A stretch of 64,000 nt of DNA from Catajapyx aquilonaris (Eukaryota): the NCBI GenBank assembly GCA_000934665.2, contig JYFJ02001538.1:1-64000 (forward strand), in the 5' to 3' direction. Shown here piece after piece: positions 27,701 to 39,600 of this stretch. Numbering within the stretch: the stretch's first letter is position 1; every line of letters begins with the position of its first letter. The translations under genes were made by a program, and so were the position numbers. The notes under the pieces were generated by a model that searched no databases, was not told where the DNA came from, and saw nothing but the letters and a program-made list of their open reading frames with translations.

Positions 27701-28934
27701 TAATATTTCTTTCCGCGCCAATTTCAAATGAGAAAAACGCCATTTCTATGGCCGATTTTCATGTGTTGTCATCAAACGTGTCACACATTTTAATCACATG
27801 TGTCATTCGATTAGTAACACACTTGACTTTCTCTAGCTAACACTATAGGATATGTGACTCTTACGTGTTGATGACAAGGTTTTGGAATCCAGGAAGCGAA
27901 GCTCTCTCTCTCTCTCTCTCTCCTGGAGATAGGTCTAGGCAGAGTATGTGTGGCAGTGGAAAGGAATAGTAGTTAGTATAGGTGGGGTGGGTGGGAAGTC
28001 CTAGTATTTAGTGGGCAGGCCTATTCTTAGCTGCAAGTCTGAGGGAAGAGGGAAATAGCCTGCAGGGGCCTCCAAAAGACCCCCAGGCGGAAGCAGATCC
28101 TTTTTCTCTCTGGCATCTCGTCTCGTTCGCCAAATTTGGCGCCTGCTGGCGTATAGTCAAGTCAAAGATCTCCCATTTGCCCTTTCACAAAACTATTGGC
28201 GATGCAAAAAAATTCGCAAACTATTTTTTTCTCGCAAATATATAACAATGCAACTACAACTCACAAAATTTTAGAAATTTTGCGAATTTCCTTCCCCCCC
28301 AGCAATATTTCCGGATTTCCTAATTGAGGGGGTCCTAAAGAAGTGATTTATTGGTCGCGACTCGAGACTTAACTTACCAGCTAGGTATTTATAGCAAGGA
28401 AGAGTAGATCTTTTGCCAACTATTTCTTAGAGTCTGTTACCGGGTGAAGCCTGGATTCATTGACATTGACGGAACCTTTAGACAACCTAACTTTTCCGTA
28501 CAGAAAGGTTACACAAGTGGGTCGAACTTTAGGACGCATTTGGACATTGAACTTCTTCTTTTTTTTTTTTATTTTAATGCCGTCGACGTTGTTTAATTTG
28601 CTCTGGAGCGGATCGGCACGTTTTTGCAAATGTTTGCACAATCACAACCCCCACAAGTTCTGCATGCACATTGTTGATAGATTTAGACACACCTGTCGCG
28701 TGCTGCTATCTTATCAGACTAATGGGGATGTTTTTTTTTTGAAGGATATAACCAATTTTTTGGGATTGGGAAGGACCATTTTTGTGATGGGGAAGAACCA
28801 GTTATTTTTTTTTTTGGAAAGGAACCAACCTTTTGGAGGGACAGTGGGAATCCAAAGTCCTTTCCTCCATGGAGTCTGAATCCCCAAGGAGTGTTGTCGA
28901 ACTTGGACAACTTGACCGTAATCAAGCTGGACAT
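18773..28934 (-). CDS. Zasp52: PDZ and LIM domain protein Zasp (Zasp52/ALP-Enigma family): PDZ + ZM motif + 4 LIM domains, ~783 aa
   Basis: 15 phase-consistent GT-AG exons: 28934-28830, 26771-26620, 25952-25847, 25670-25611, 24735-24590, 24527-24394, 24206-24074, 22826-22741, 22671-22566, 22509-22371, 21557-21473, 20150-19553, 19394-19208, 19148-18912, 18850-18773 (sum 2352 nt). PDZ: PWGFRLHGGKDFG. ZM: VNKQYNSPVAMYSDANIAEALSAQAEVLAGGVLGINFKKNEK. LIM1: CSECERLIVGVFVRIKDKNLHVECFKC. Three C-terminal LIMs end in GRPFCKLHAR*. The low-complexity middle exons are less certain and probably alternatively spliced. Confidence 0.93.
19862..19966 (-). repeat. Coding 18-bp tandem repeat (APAPTF x~6) in the Zasp Pro-rich exon
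   Basis: Repeated GGCGAAAGTGGGCGCCGG on the + strand; translates as FAPAPTFAPAPTFAPASTFAPAPTFAPAPTFAPAPP. Confidence 0.9.
27241..27386. mobile_element. Degenerate hairpin element in Zasp intron 1
   Basis: Imperfect arms CAGTTGTAGTTATCTCC..GCAAAAGTTG..TTTTTAAAT / ATTTAAAAA..CAACTCTTGC..GGAGATAACGACCACTG. Confidence 0.5.
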
Positions 28935-29850
28935 TGCGATTTTTTTTTCACACTTGTTTTAACACCCCCAAAAAACTCTTTTTAACACCACTTCTATCTT
29001 TCCACTGCCAAGCAGCAGTAGCAACTGCCTACAGCAGCACCCACACACTGCCTTCCACACACTCACACATACGTATGCTGCACCCCCTCTTCCCCCACCT
29101 CTTATCCCAACCCCCTCTTGCAACTATGCTAGTAGACTCCACCCACTCTGGATGGTTCAAGTGCAGTTGCATTGGTCTGCACTTGAATGCCACTGATTGT
29201 TTCTGTGATTTTTGTTGAGAAAATGAATAACTTATATGTACTGCAGGACTTCAATGTAACGTGACCTTGGAAAAATGGGCCTGGCCGGTAACTTAAAATT
29301 TACAGTTCCGCACGTGAAGAGCATCTACAAGGATCAAAACATCAACAATGGTTTCTGGTACAGGTCGCAGTTTTTCATCGGTTGAACGTACGTTCATGAG
29401 GCGATTTGTCATTCCTAAGGCGTTAATCACTTGCATAGTCAGAGGTCCACATTCTTTTGTAATCATGAGGTTCCGCCTCATGCAAATAGCAGGCGATCAT
29501 AATCAGTTATTCACATGTAAGCAGAGTTATTAACCATTGGTCATTCCGTAGCAGAATGTAGTGGACAGGTGATATCCAGTTGTACTGACAAGTCAGCTCC
29601 TGCTACTTCCGCATCATGCACCATTACTTTGTAAGCAATACAACCCAAATCACTCTCGAGTAATACGGTACAAGGGCAGATTTTTTAACTGAATTTGAGA
29701 GATCGTTGCCATCTTCGCCTTCGAATTTCCCGAAGCTGGTGTCTCGGACTTCCTATGTTTCACTTGTAGGACTGTGTCGAAGCTATCCAATGTGAAAGAT
29801 ATTTTTCAGTCAAAGGTTATTGCAAACAAAACAATACTTCAATCAACCAA

Positions 29851-29856
29851 TTTATT
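29851..29856 (-). terminator. Candidate METAP1 polyadenylation signal
   Basis: AATAAA on the minus strand ~240 nt after the stop, followed by GT/T-rich sequence. Confidence 0.5.
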
Positions 29857-30094
29857 CAAAAACTTCTACTGACTGCACAACATTAAAACTTATAAGAACT
29901 CAAAATAGGTTGGGGGGGAGGGGGAACATTGCAACATACCGGTTGTACAAATTATGTACACAATGCTTGACTTGTTTTTTTTTTCGTTTACAAAAGAAGT
30001 TTGGGGAAGTTGGGGGATACAGGAAGAGAGTGGATGGAAATCATAACTGGGTGCAGTTCCTGATTCGTTCTGTGATTAGTGAGTGTCCGTGTGG

Positions 30095-33000
30095 TCACTT
30101 CTTATCCATAAAGTAAGGCTTCCCATCGTTCTCTCTCCGTTGGGTCAGTATCTCCAACCCATTGTCAGTGACCAGCAACGTGTGCTCAAACTGGGCTGAT
30201 AGCTTCCCATCCTGGGTGACCGCTGTCCAGCCATCAGGCCACTGAGTGTCCTTCCACACTCCTTCCGATATCATGGGCTCGATGGTGAAACAGTGCCCTG
30301 CCTTCATTACACCAACTGCCTTGTTTCCTGCAAGAACAAAATGCATAACAGCCAACCATTAGTCAGGTGTCAACCAAAAAAGACTACGCACTGAGCTGCT
30401 GAATGAAATATGGCTTCATTGGCAGCCGCTCAAATATCTCCCTAACAATACAGCGTAAGCTTCTGAGGAGGAAGTACGCAGGGTAACCAGTGACAATCTT
30501 AGAGCATCAGGTAGAAACCTAAAACTGGCATGTCTAAAATTTATTGATCCAGCGATAAACAGGATATTTGTCTACCCCGAAATAATGTTAACGCCATGTT
30601 TACATGTGAGTGATTCGCTCTGAAATTCGGATCACTGAGCTATGAATTGTTTGGTGTGGCAGTCATAATTGGTTTTCGCCCCCAAACAATAGGTTTCATC
30701 GCCGAGCGAATCGCTCACATGTAAACACGGCCTTAACCTGAATTCTAACAATCACTATAACATTTAATGAGGAGTGTCTGAAGTGTTAACATCTCGTGTT
30801 TCCTCTTGATGTCAACTCACTTGCATAATGCGGCACACTCGGAGCAGTGTGGAACAGCCTGTGAATCCCATGCCCACAGTAGCTCCGGACCACAGAGTAG
30901 TTGTGACTAGTGGCATGTTTCTGGATCACACCACCTATATCCCTATACTTCACGTGTGGTTTAACCATTTCCATCGCCTTTTCAAGGCACTCCCATGTCA
31001 CCTGACACAAAGAAAATTTCATTTTAAAACGAAACACATTTAAAGCGTACTAATCAACGTGTTACCTGGACAAGGTTTTTGGCTGACTCGCTGACATTGC
31101 CCAGGAGAAACGTCTCGTTCAAGTCACCGTGGAAACCACGATGATACACAGTCACATCCACTGAAACGGGCAGAACGTGCATTTTTAACATGTGAAGATC
31201 ATTTTGTAAGGTGTCTACTACAGGAGTCATTTCTTCCTTTCGGGAAAAGTGTACGCCGTCAAATACGGTACTTTTGATGCAATTTTAAAAATCTAATAAT
31301 TTTTCATAATTTTAAGAGCTGTCAGTCATTCTTTTTTTGGTCCAAAAGAGGAGTAAGCTACAAGTTACCTAATACTTTCTGGTCACTGAATGTCAGTGGG
31401 TTAATCTATATGTCCTTGCTGTACCTCAGTGTATAGTAAGGGAAAATAATTGTTCCACACATTTGTAATGAGACAACAGCTCAAGCCATTACCATTACAA
31501 ATATCCCCATCCTTCATAGGCCTGAAGTCAGGGATTCCATGGCAGATGACCTCGTTGAGCGAGGTGCAGCATGACTTTGGAAACTGGTAGTAGTTGAGAG
31601 GAGACGGGTAGCACTCCCTGTCAACGCAGGCCTCGTGCACTATCCTATCCACCTCATCCGTTGTCACACCAATCTCCATCACCTTTGCTGCCTCATCAAG
31701 TACTTCACGACCAAGCTGATGGGTGGAAATTAGAGATATAAACCGGGGAAAAAAACATTAGAGTTGACAGAGCAAGCAAAGCAAATGTGACGGGTCAGTC
31801 TTTTTCAACAGTTTGCCACAAGATAATTAAAAAGCATCAGCTTGAGGAGCTTGTATTGACATAAAAATTAAAAACGATTTGAACCCATAGTCTGACCAAG
31901 AGCTTACTGCTTCCATTTAATTTGCAGCAGTAATAAGAAATATCCATTTTATTTTCTATTTGTTGCTTCGATACCAGTACTGACCTTGCACGCAACTCTC
32001 ATCCCCTCAATTTCCTCATCATCCAGGACCTTTATGTAGGCCGATCCCTTCACAGACTGCTCGCTCACAGGGTATCCTTTAGGGTGGTTTGCATAATCCG
32101 GACGGGGGATGGTGTCTGGTACAACACGAGTAGGAGACTTCTGGTAGGGGCGAAGAGCCCCCGTAAAGTAATAGCCAGGCCACGGATCGTAGCCATCAGG
32201 ATGGCTCTTGGCCGACTCAACAGTTTCTGGAAAATTTGGTGCCATTAGAAACAGTACAAAATTGCATGGAAAATAATCTAAAGGCACCAAGTAAAAATTT
32301 AATTGCAAGCAATATCTAGCTAAATTTTGGGGCTGTTACAGGCAATTTCTGTTCATAAGGTGGGTGAAGCAGTTCTCGGACATCGCTTCAAGCCGGGGCC
32401 AGAAAGCACTGGACGTCAAAGAACACAGAGGACCCCTCAAAGGGTACAAGAGGCAAGCAATGCGCTACTCCGAAGCCCTCAGCGATCGGCCATTTGAAGC
32501 TCCGTTGAGGGGTCTGATGTCCTTTTACATCTAGTGCTGTCTGATGCCAGCTTGAAGCTGTGTCCCAGACCTGCTTCACCCACTTAATGAATGTCCGGTG
32601 ATCGGGGACTTTGTCCTGAGGTTCCAGCCCAAAAAGGCGAAGAAAGATACTTTGTACAGCTGCGGGGGACTCATTAATGTCATTATTTTCAAAATTATCC
32701 TCTACAACGAATGCATGGTTTTCTGCTGACCACGACACTATTTTGGCAAATGGCATACCTCCCCCACTCCAGGACATGCCAATCTCCTGATTATGTGCAA
32801 ATAGCACCACCGTACCACGTGATTCAAATACTGTTATTCATTTTGCCCAACCCTGTATATATTAAATAAGCCATTACTTGGGATGTATACATGAAATTAT
32901 ATGCGAAGAGAGGTCTTTGACTTATGGAGATCTGGTCATTGAATTTCAGTTTAAGATTATCACCAAGTTGTACTCGAGTTCAAAGATTGATGTGTCTCCA

Positions 33001-33842
33001 CCCCAGCTAAATTTATCACCCATGTTATCAGAACACTATCTCCTTTGTAAGTTTCAGTAACTCTCACTATTTTCTGTATGAATTGAAAAAGCAAAGCAAT
33101 CTAATAACAGAAAGTGGCTTATCATGAAATTGGACCCAACTCCAGTCCATGAACCCCTTCGCTACCAGATAGGCCCTAATCACTTAGATTTCGGCTAATG
33201 CATACTCCAAAGACATGGACAAGATATTTTACCAATAATAACAGCTACACTTGCCAGATCTGGAAAAACACTATGAATGTGTCGGAACAATTTTACTTGT
33301 CTTGAAGTCCCAAAATTAATTTCCAAAAAAGGGCTATAAAAACTCTAAATTAGAGTACTGCCAACTAACTGTTAGGCTGATTTAATTGTGACATGCGTGA
33401 AAATATGCTGAACAACAACCTTGAGAACCACGCCAGACGAATATGCTGAAATCGCCGTACTTTGCGAGAAATAAATCAATTCTTATTCGTGGCTTTCTGG
33501 CACTTCGGAAAACTCTCAAACCGCGTATGAGAAAATTTTTTTCACGAGAAGCAAATATTTGTGAGTTTTCCGAAGTAACAGGAAAGCCACAAATAAGCAT
33601 TAATTTATTTCTTGCAAAGTACGGTGATTTCAGCAAATTCGTCTGGCATGGTTCTCAAGGTTGTTATTCAGCATATTTAATTCCACATATTTGCATTCAC
33701 AATTAAATCAGCCTAACAGTTGGTTGGCACATTTGACATCAGTGTGCCAAGTTTCAGCACTCTCAGAAGTGTGAAAGTGGGTTAGGTAGCCCGGACAAAC
33801 ATCCATCGATATGCACAAACTTTCACGTTTATAAGTATAGAG

Positions 33843-33915
<73 letters not shown>

Positions 33916-34249
33916 GCTATGCAGAATAACACATGTTGCACATTGGTCGTGCGACGTCCCATCATGAGTTGTGTCCCTTATGGACTTACTGGCCAGCTTG
34001 TGGAGGATCTTGTGGCTGTTCCAGTTCCCCTTGAAGCATTCCTGCAGATTGAAGAGGTTGCGAAAAGTCAAAGACCCTTGGAAAGTGAGAGTGAAAGTGT
34101 TGTGTGCGTGTGTGTGGCTCTTTTGTGTCTATTACCTGGGAGCAAAAGTACGACCCTTTTATTCCAAGCTTGATGCAGGTTGGGCACTGCAGCTTGGCCG
34201 GTTCGCTGCAGCCGGGTGTGTCGCACTTGCCCGCATCCACGCTCGCCAT
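30095..34249 (-). CDS. METAP1: Methionine aminopeptidase 1, ~379 aa
   Basis: Exons 34249-34136, 34041-33990, 32226-31985, 31715-31493, 31160-31066, 31001-30821, 30327-30095 (1140 nt). N-terminal zinc finger C..PGC...[30 protein letters not shown]. Catalytic motifs [51 protein letters not shown]. Confidence 0.97.
30592..30732. mobile_element. MITE family B (PIF/Harbinger-like), in METAP1 intron 6
   Basis: TIR GCCATGTTTACATGTGAGTGATTCGCTC / GAGCGAATCGCTCACATGTAAACACGGC with TTAA on both flanks. Confidence 0.75.
32350..32855 (-). mobile_element. Decayed Tc1/mariner-superfamily element with DUF4817-type HTH N-terminus (5' portion only)
   Basis: Minus-strand end TA|CAGGGTTGGGCAAAA at 32855, followed by ORF remnant [17 protein letters not shown]...[30 protein letters not shown]. 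This resembles the W..EHRAF.VE.YF.N.ES...VQR.FR..F......VP.R.TI..WV pattern of DUF4817 transposases. Confidence 0.65.
33360..33728. mobile_element. Foldback element (~370 bp, ~160-bp arms) in METAP1 intron 2
   Basis: GCCAACTAACTGTTAGGCTGATTTAATTGTGA...TCACAATTAAATCAGCCTAACAGTTGGTTGGC. The mirror ORFs 33382-33636(-) and 33443-33706(+) both start [10 protein letters not shown]. Confidence 0.9.
33844..33914. repeat. (TAT)n microsatellite
   Basis: Pure ATT/TAT run. Confidence 0.95.
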
Positions 34250-34577
34250 TTTCCACGGGCCACTCTCTCTCCTGCTACTTAGCCTTGTGTGCCAGAAGGA
34301 GAAGGAAACGAGGCGGACATATGCATTCAACACAAGCCGGATTGCTGACCCTCCAATCGCACAGCTGCTGCTCGTCGCTTGTCCCGGAACATGCCAAATT
34401 CCAGCTGAAACTTCGGTCTAAAATCATATAAAATACGACAGGAATGTGCTCAGTTGACAATTTCGGACATGTTTTTCAATCGACTGATATATTTTATCCG
34501 AGATTTGATCGCTCGGTTGTGGTATTTAGCGTATTAGTGGTAGCAGCTTTTTGTAGCCGCGATTTCGAGAGCGTGGG

Positions 34578-34663
34578 CGCCATGTTGGAGTTCCGGATGT
34601 GGTCACGTGACAGAGATACTGGGCTATGATTGGTCGATTAGAGCAGAGAGTTCCAATATGGCG
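34578..34663. promoter_or_regulatory. Motif cluster upstream of METAP1 (inverted CGCCATGTTGGA/TCCAATATGGCG, palindromic E-box GTCACGTGAC, ATTGG box); may be MITE-derived
   Basis: Seen directly, 330-410 bp upstream of the METAP1 ATG. Function is inferred from motif resemblance only. Confidence 0.35.
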
Positions 34664-34687
34664 ACGTCCAGATCAGACACCTTAGAT

Positions 34688-35045
34688 GAAATTATGACCA
34701 AATTATTATGAATTTAATATGAATCACCATCAATATGTATTAAATATACATATGAATTATAAATGATTATGAATTACTATCAAATATGAAATTTTCTGAA
34801 TTATGGTCAAATAATTCCGTACATGAATTTAATGACTCGCGATCAATGATTAAAAATTAATATTAGTGATATTAAATGATTATAAGTTATCACAATCAAA
34901 TAATTTTGATTTTTAATGAATTACAATCAAATAATTATGAATTTTTACATATTATGGCCAAATAATTGTGAAATGAATATTAACTGCTTACAAATTATTA
35001 TGAATTATGATTCAATAATATATTATGGATTAAAACTATTAATTG
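34688..35045. repeat. AT-rich degenerate minisatellite (~AATTATG[A/G][C/T]CAAATAATTATG units)
   Basis: Recurring ATTATGxxCAAAT(A/T)ATT motifs between the PFDN1 3' end and the METAP1 5' region. Confidence 0.65.
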
Positions 35046-35164
35046 TGAGCGACCTTTGAGTTTTTAATTATTATGCTTTTCAATACACCAGTTACAGCCT
35101 AGATGTTTAAAAAAAGGGGGCCATTAATTTAACAAAATTTAAAAAAAGACGGAGAGACAAGTTT

Positions 35165-35854
35165 TCAGTGCGCCATTTCTTTCCGCTGTTGGACCATCTC
35201 TCGAAGGTTGTTTTCGCTCTCCTTCAGGCTCTTCTGCAGATACACCTTGCTCTCCTGCAAAGACACAGCAACGATTTAGGCACATTTCTGCCCACAATCC
35301 TAAGGCGGAAAACTGACCTCCAACATCTTTATCTTCTTCTCTGCCTTCTCCGTCTTTTCTTTGAGGTGCTCCTGGACCAAGGAGGTCGGGGTGAGAAGGA
35401 ACATTCTTCCGATGCTCTCGTACACCCTAGTCTCTGATGGTAATGACTGCAAAGCAAATGGAAGGAATTATAACCTGCAACCAACAGTTTTGAAAACTTT
35501 TTTTTCTGTCCTTTACTATTTATAAAGTAAAGCGATTCAATCGACATAACCAGCGAGAGCCGTACTTTAACCTCATCCTGCGTGATCTTCGAGTGCTGCA
35601 TGCCCCTCTTGAGTCCGTCGATCTGAACGTCAGCCAGCTTCAACTTCTGCGCCGTCTCCAGCATCTTCTGCTGCTGCTCCACAAAAGCCTGCCAGGTAAT
35701 AAAAAGAGTATGAACCGTGCACGTAAGACCACTTCTTAGAACAGCACTTAACCATGCAATTAACATTTTCAGGTACACTAATTGCAATTAGTGCCATAAA
35801 AAGAAACAGTACCTTCTTAAGCTCCAGATCAACAGTGGGTGCTGATTTCGCCAT
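35165..35854 (-). CDS. PFDN1: Prefoldin subunit 1, ~127 aa
   Basis: Exons 35854-35813, 35688-35566, 35446-35318, 35254-35165 (384 nt): MAKSAPTVDLELKKAFVEQQQKMLETAQKLKLADVQIDGLKR...TRVYESIGRMFLL...YLQKSLKESENNLREMVQQRK. These match the prefoldin-1 beta-subunit signature. Confidence 0.95.
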
Positions 35855-36627
35855 ATTTTTTTTTGGCAAATTAAATTCGCAAATGTCAGACCCACCGAGT
35901 AGCACGCGGGTTGCTCTACTAAGACATGAGTAAGTGGGAAGAAAATAATGATGACACCCAAGTAAGATACAGCTGCTGACCAAAATATTTTCCAGATATT
36001 AAATTAATGGCTGAGTAGTTAATGTGATTAAAAAAATGGAGATTAATTAAATAGGATTAGCTGTTATCTAAGTAGCTGCTATATGTAGCTGCTATTGACT
36101 GCTCATTCGAAGCTGGTTACTGTTAATAATAAAAGTAGTCTGGTTCGGTCTGGCTAAATGCTCACATTTGGTCTAGTACTGAGGTAATCATCATTAACCA
36201 GTATTTAAACCGCAATTGAACAATCAATTATGTGGATCATGTTGTAAGCTACATCCCAATTCAGCGTTATAAGCAACGTAGCGGCTACTTACATGACGAT
36301 TTGGCAACGCTGCGTTCGTGTGTTTGGAAAAGGAAGAAAAATCGTTCGATCGGCCATTTTGTGTGGTCGAATGTCAGGTATGCGGAGCTGAGCTTGCTGC
36401 AATTTTTTTCCAGCCTGTGTGGATACCATAGAAGGACTTGTGGTGAGTGGACCGGATGCGGGACGGGTCCAGCTTTGGATTGTGATTGAAATAGAGGGGT
36501 TGGAAGCTCGTATTGGTAAAAGGGTTGGAGATAAAAGTGTTACGCAATTGGGGGTAGAAAGTAGGTCGGTTTTTATGTTTTTGGAATGGTTGGTTGATGT
36601 GTTGGCTTTACAGGTTGAAGTACGGCG
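35855..36627. promoter_or_regulatory. Putative bidirectional promoter between PFDN1 (-) and SF1 (+), with a probable SF1 5'-UTR intron at 36378-36613
   Basis: The divergent ATGs are ~770 bp apart. YY1-like CGGCCATTTT at 36351. Donor CAG|GTATGC at 36377/8 and acceptor CTTTACAG| at 36613, 14 nt before the SF1 ATG. Confidence 0.6.
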
Positions 36628-39600
36628 ATGGCGACGACTGGGGCCAACAGCACACCACTTGGCCGCCTTAACCCTGCGCTGAGCGGAGCCAAGAGGCTGT
36701 CCGGTGGTACGTCACTGCTCAACCCGAGCTACCTGCAGCCGCAGAACACAGAGCAGACTCAATCGATGCTCAAGAGGGAGTATGAAGCTGTCTCAGGTGA
36801 GGCGTGAAGCTGGTTGCATGTTTCAGGTGTACACTGTACGTGATACAGTTGAATCTGGATATAACAGACTTAAAGGGACATAATGGAGATGTCTATTATA
36901 GCCAAGTAGCTACATTTGCAACAAATACACATAGTTCCTATGACTATAATGCACATTAGTGCATACTGATTAATGAAATTCATCAAATGCAATATTAGCT
37001 CACCCAAAAATTATGCAGTACCAAAAAAAATAATGCAATTTTCTACTGCAGTTTCTTTTTTCCAATTTTATACCAGAAAAAGCGTATTTTTCCACCGAGG
37101 GACAAAGAAGTGGTACAGTACAGTGCTGAACACGTTAGCCGTCTCGAAAGGTTTTTTTTTTTTTCCGTCGGCGACGGCGCGCCTTGCTTGGCAACCCCAT
37201 CTGGCGGGCCAATTCAAACATCAGCATATGGAGACTGCTTAGTGTTCTTTCCATTGTTGCCACTGTGTGTGATTGATGACCAGTTGACCGGATGACCAGA
37301 TGATTTGATGCTTTAATTTTTTGCTTTATGTACTTCAAACTATTTGTTATAATATTGAGTGTACTGGCTAAAGAGCGAACACGGCTAGGTTAGTCAATAA
37401 ACTCGTATTAGTTGTGTACAAGTTGAGGGAGTGACGCCGACGACCCAGGGACGGGTCTCTGCCTGCTTGCACATCAGTAGCAAGGGATACGCAGGGAGAA
37501 ACGGGACAATAATGATGTTAGAAGCAAGTCATTTTGGGGAAATGTTCCCTGCTGGACTCAAAGAAAGGTTTTCGTCCACAGCGCACGAAATTCCATCCGG
37601 CATAGGAGAGGGGTGGACAGTGGACACCCCATAATTAAAATCAGGGGTTCACTAATTGAAAGTGAGTCAACTGACCGATTCTTTTGGTATTTGTGTCTTT
37701 TCCCTTGTAAGTCGACACCTCTAAGACGAATGGAGACCATGCCCCATGTGTCAGACACGGAGTCTGTCTCACGTATTATTGTGTCCAACCCCTGTACAGT
37801 ATACATGATGTCATGTTAGTCCTGTACCTCATGTCATTCACGTCATATTCGCGCCAAGAAGATCTTCCTGGTGCGAATATGATGCGATTGACACGTACTC
37901 GTATATGGGGAGGCCATATTGAAATATGACGTCTGATGGGGACAAATTTTGAGACAGACGCGGTTCTGACATACAGGGCATGGTCTCCATTCATCTTAGC
38001 GGTGGTCGAATTACACAGAAAAGACCCCAAAAAAACGACTGAATCGGTCAGTTAACGCACTTTCAATTAGCACACCCCTGATTTTAATTAAGGGGTGTCC
38101 ACCCCTCTCCTATGCCGGATGGAATTCCGTGCGCTGTGGACAAAAACCTTTCTTTGAGTCCAGCGGGGAACATTTTCCCAAGGTGGCTTGCTTCTAACAT
38201 CATTATTTTCCCGTTTTTCCTGAGTATCCCTGCCACTGTGTAAGCAGGCAGACCTGTCACTGGATTGTCCACGTCACTCTCTCTTTGTAAACAGTGGCAA
38301 CAATGGAAATAACACGAAGCACTCTCCATATGCTGATGTTTTAATTGCCCGCCGGCTGGGGTTGCCAGGTAACCCCGGCGCTGCAGCCGCCAGAAAAAAA
38401 CATTCAGAGATGGCTAATGTGTCCAGCACTGTATGTTACACCCGAGTTGAGGTAAAATTGAGTCTGTTATATTATCAGGAGTCAAAATACACAGCCTTAC
38501 GGCAGTATGGCGGGACCGACCTTTCAAGCCTTGTAACCGAAAGTTAGTTGTAGCCGAGGCTGTTATGTTTGGATGTAATAAATAAGAATGATGATTATTA
38601 TTGGTCACTATGTATTGAATTCAATGCGTTTTATAGCAAATGGCGGCGTTTTTACATTACCAGTTAATTCCACTGAGTTTTTACATGTTGAGACAATTTT
38701 GCAGTGGTGGATTTTTGTTTAAAAATATATAAGTCCGGATGTACAGACTGTAGAACACTGATTGCATGTCATCCACAAGACCGGGGCATGGTCGGAACAA
38801 ATAAAAAGCTTATATAATCCGAGGATCAAAGAAAACTTGAAGAAACACAACAAAAACCATAAAATAATGTACAATATTAGGGTTTTTTATGAAACGGTGC
38901 GGTATTTTTATTTACATACACCAGGGTTCAAAATATTTGGATGCGAAGGTGTTTTCTGTAGAAGAAGAAGCTAATGAAATATTGTTTCATTTTGTTACTT
39001 CAGACAGGAATGGAAGTGGAGGCGGAAGCAATGATAAGAAGAAGAAGCGGAAGTCACGATGGGGTGGCGATGAGAAGGAGAAAACGTTTATTCCAGGGAT
39101 GCCGACTGTCCTTCCCTCGAACCTGGAGAAGGATCAGGAGGAGGCTTACCTAGGTAAGAAAAATCAAACTGATTGGAGAGAAATTTACACCAATTTGCAC
39201 ACTTTTTACATGACCAAATTTTTACATGTACACCTAATTCATGATGATGCTCTAGTGATGTGTTTTTAGGGGATGGTAAATCAGGTGGGTGGGAAAATGG
39301 ACTTTTAAAAAAGTAATTAGAATTAATGAGTTATGCAAAAATTTTACAGGCTGACATTCCTCGGAAGTTTTGCCAATGCTGTGATTGATGGCCTGTGAGT
39401 AATTTGCGAGGGGGACTATACCTACTTGCATGCCGTACAAATATCAAGTGGTTACCCCATAACGTTATCAGTTTTGTTAACATGTCTTTTTCCTTGCACA
39501 GGCCACCTGTCACAATGAAGTAGGATTATGTACTGTTTTTTTTTTTTTTTTTGCATTACATTTACCTTGTAAAGTAATGATGAAAAAGTTAACCCGTCTT

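Noticed and set aside
29240..29520. Short ORFs and a small hairpin/octamer motif between METAP1 and Zasp
   Set aside because: No recognisable protein or RNA family; cannot be supported from sequence alone.
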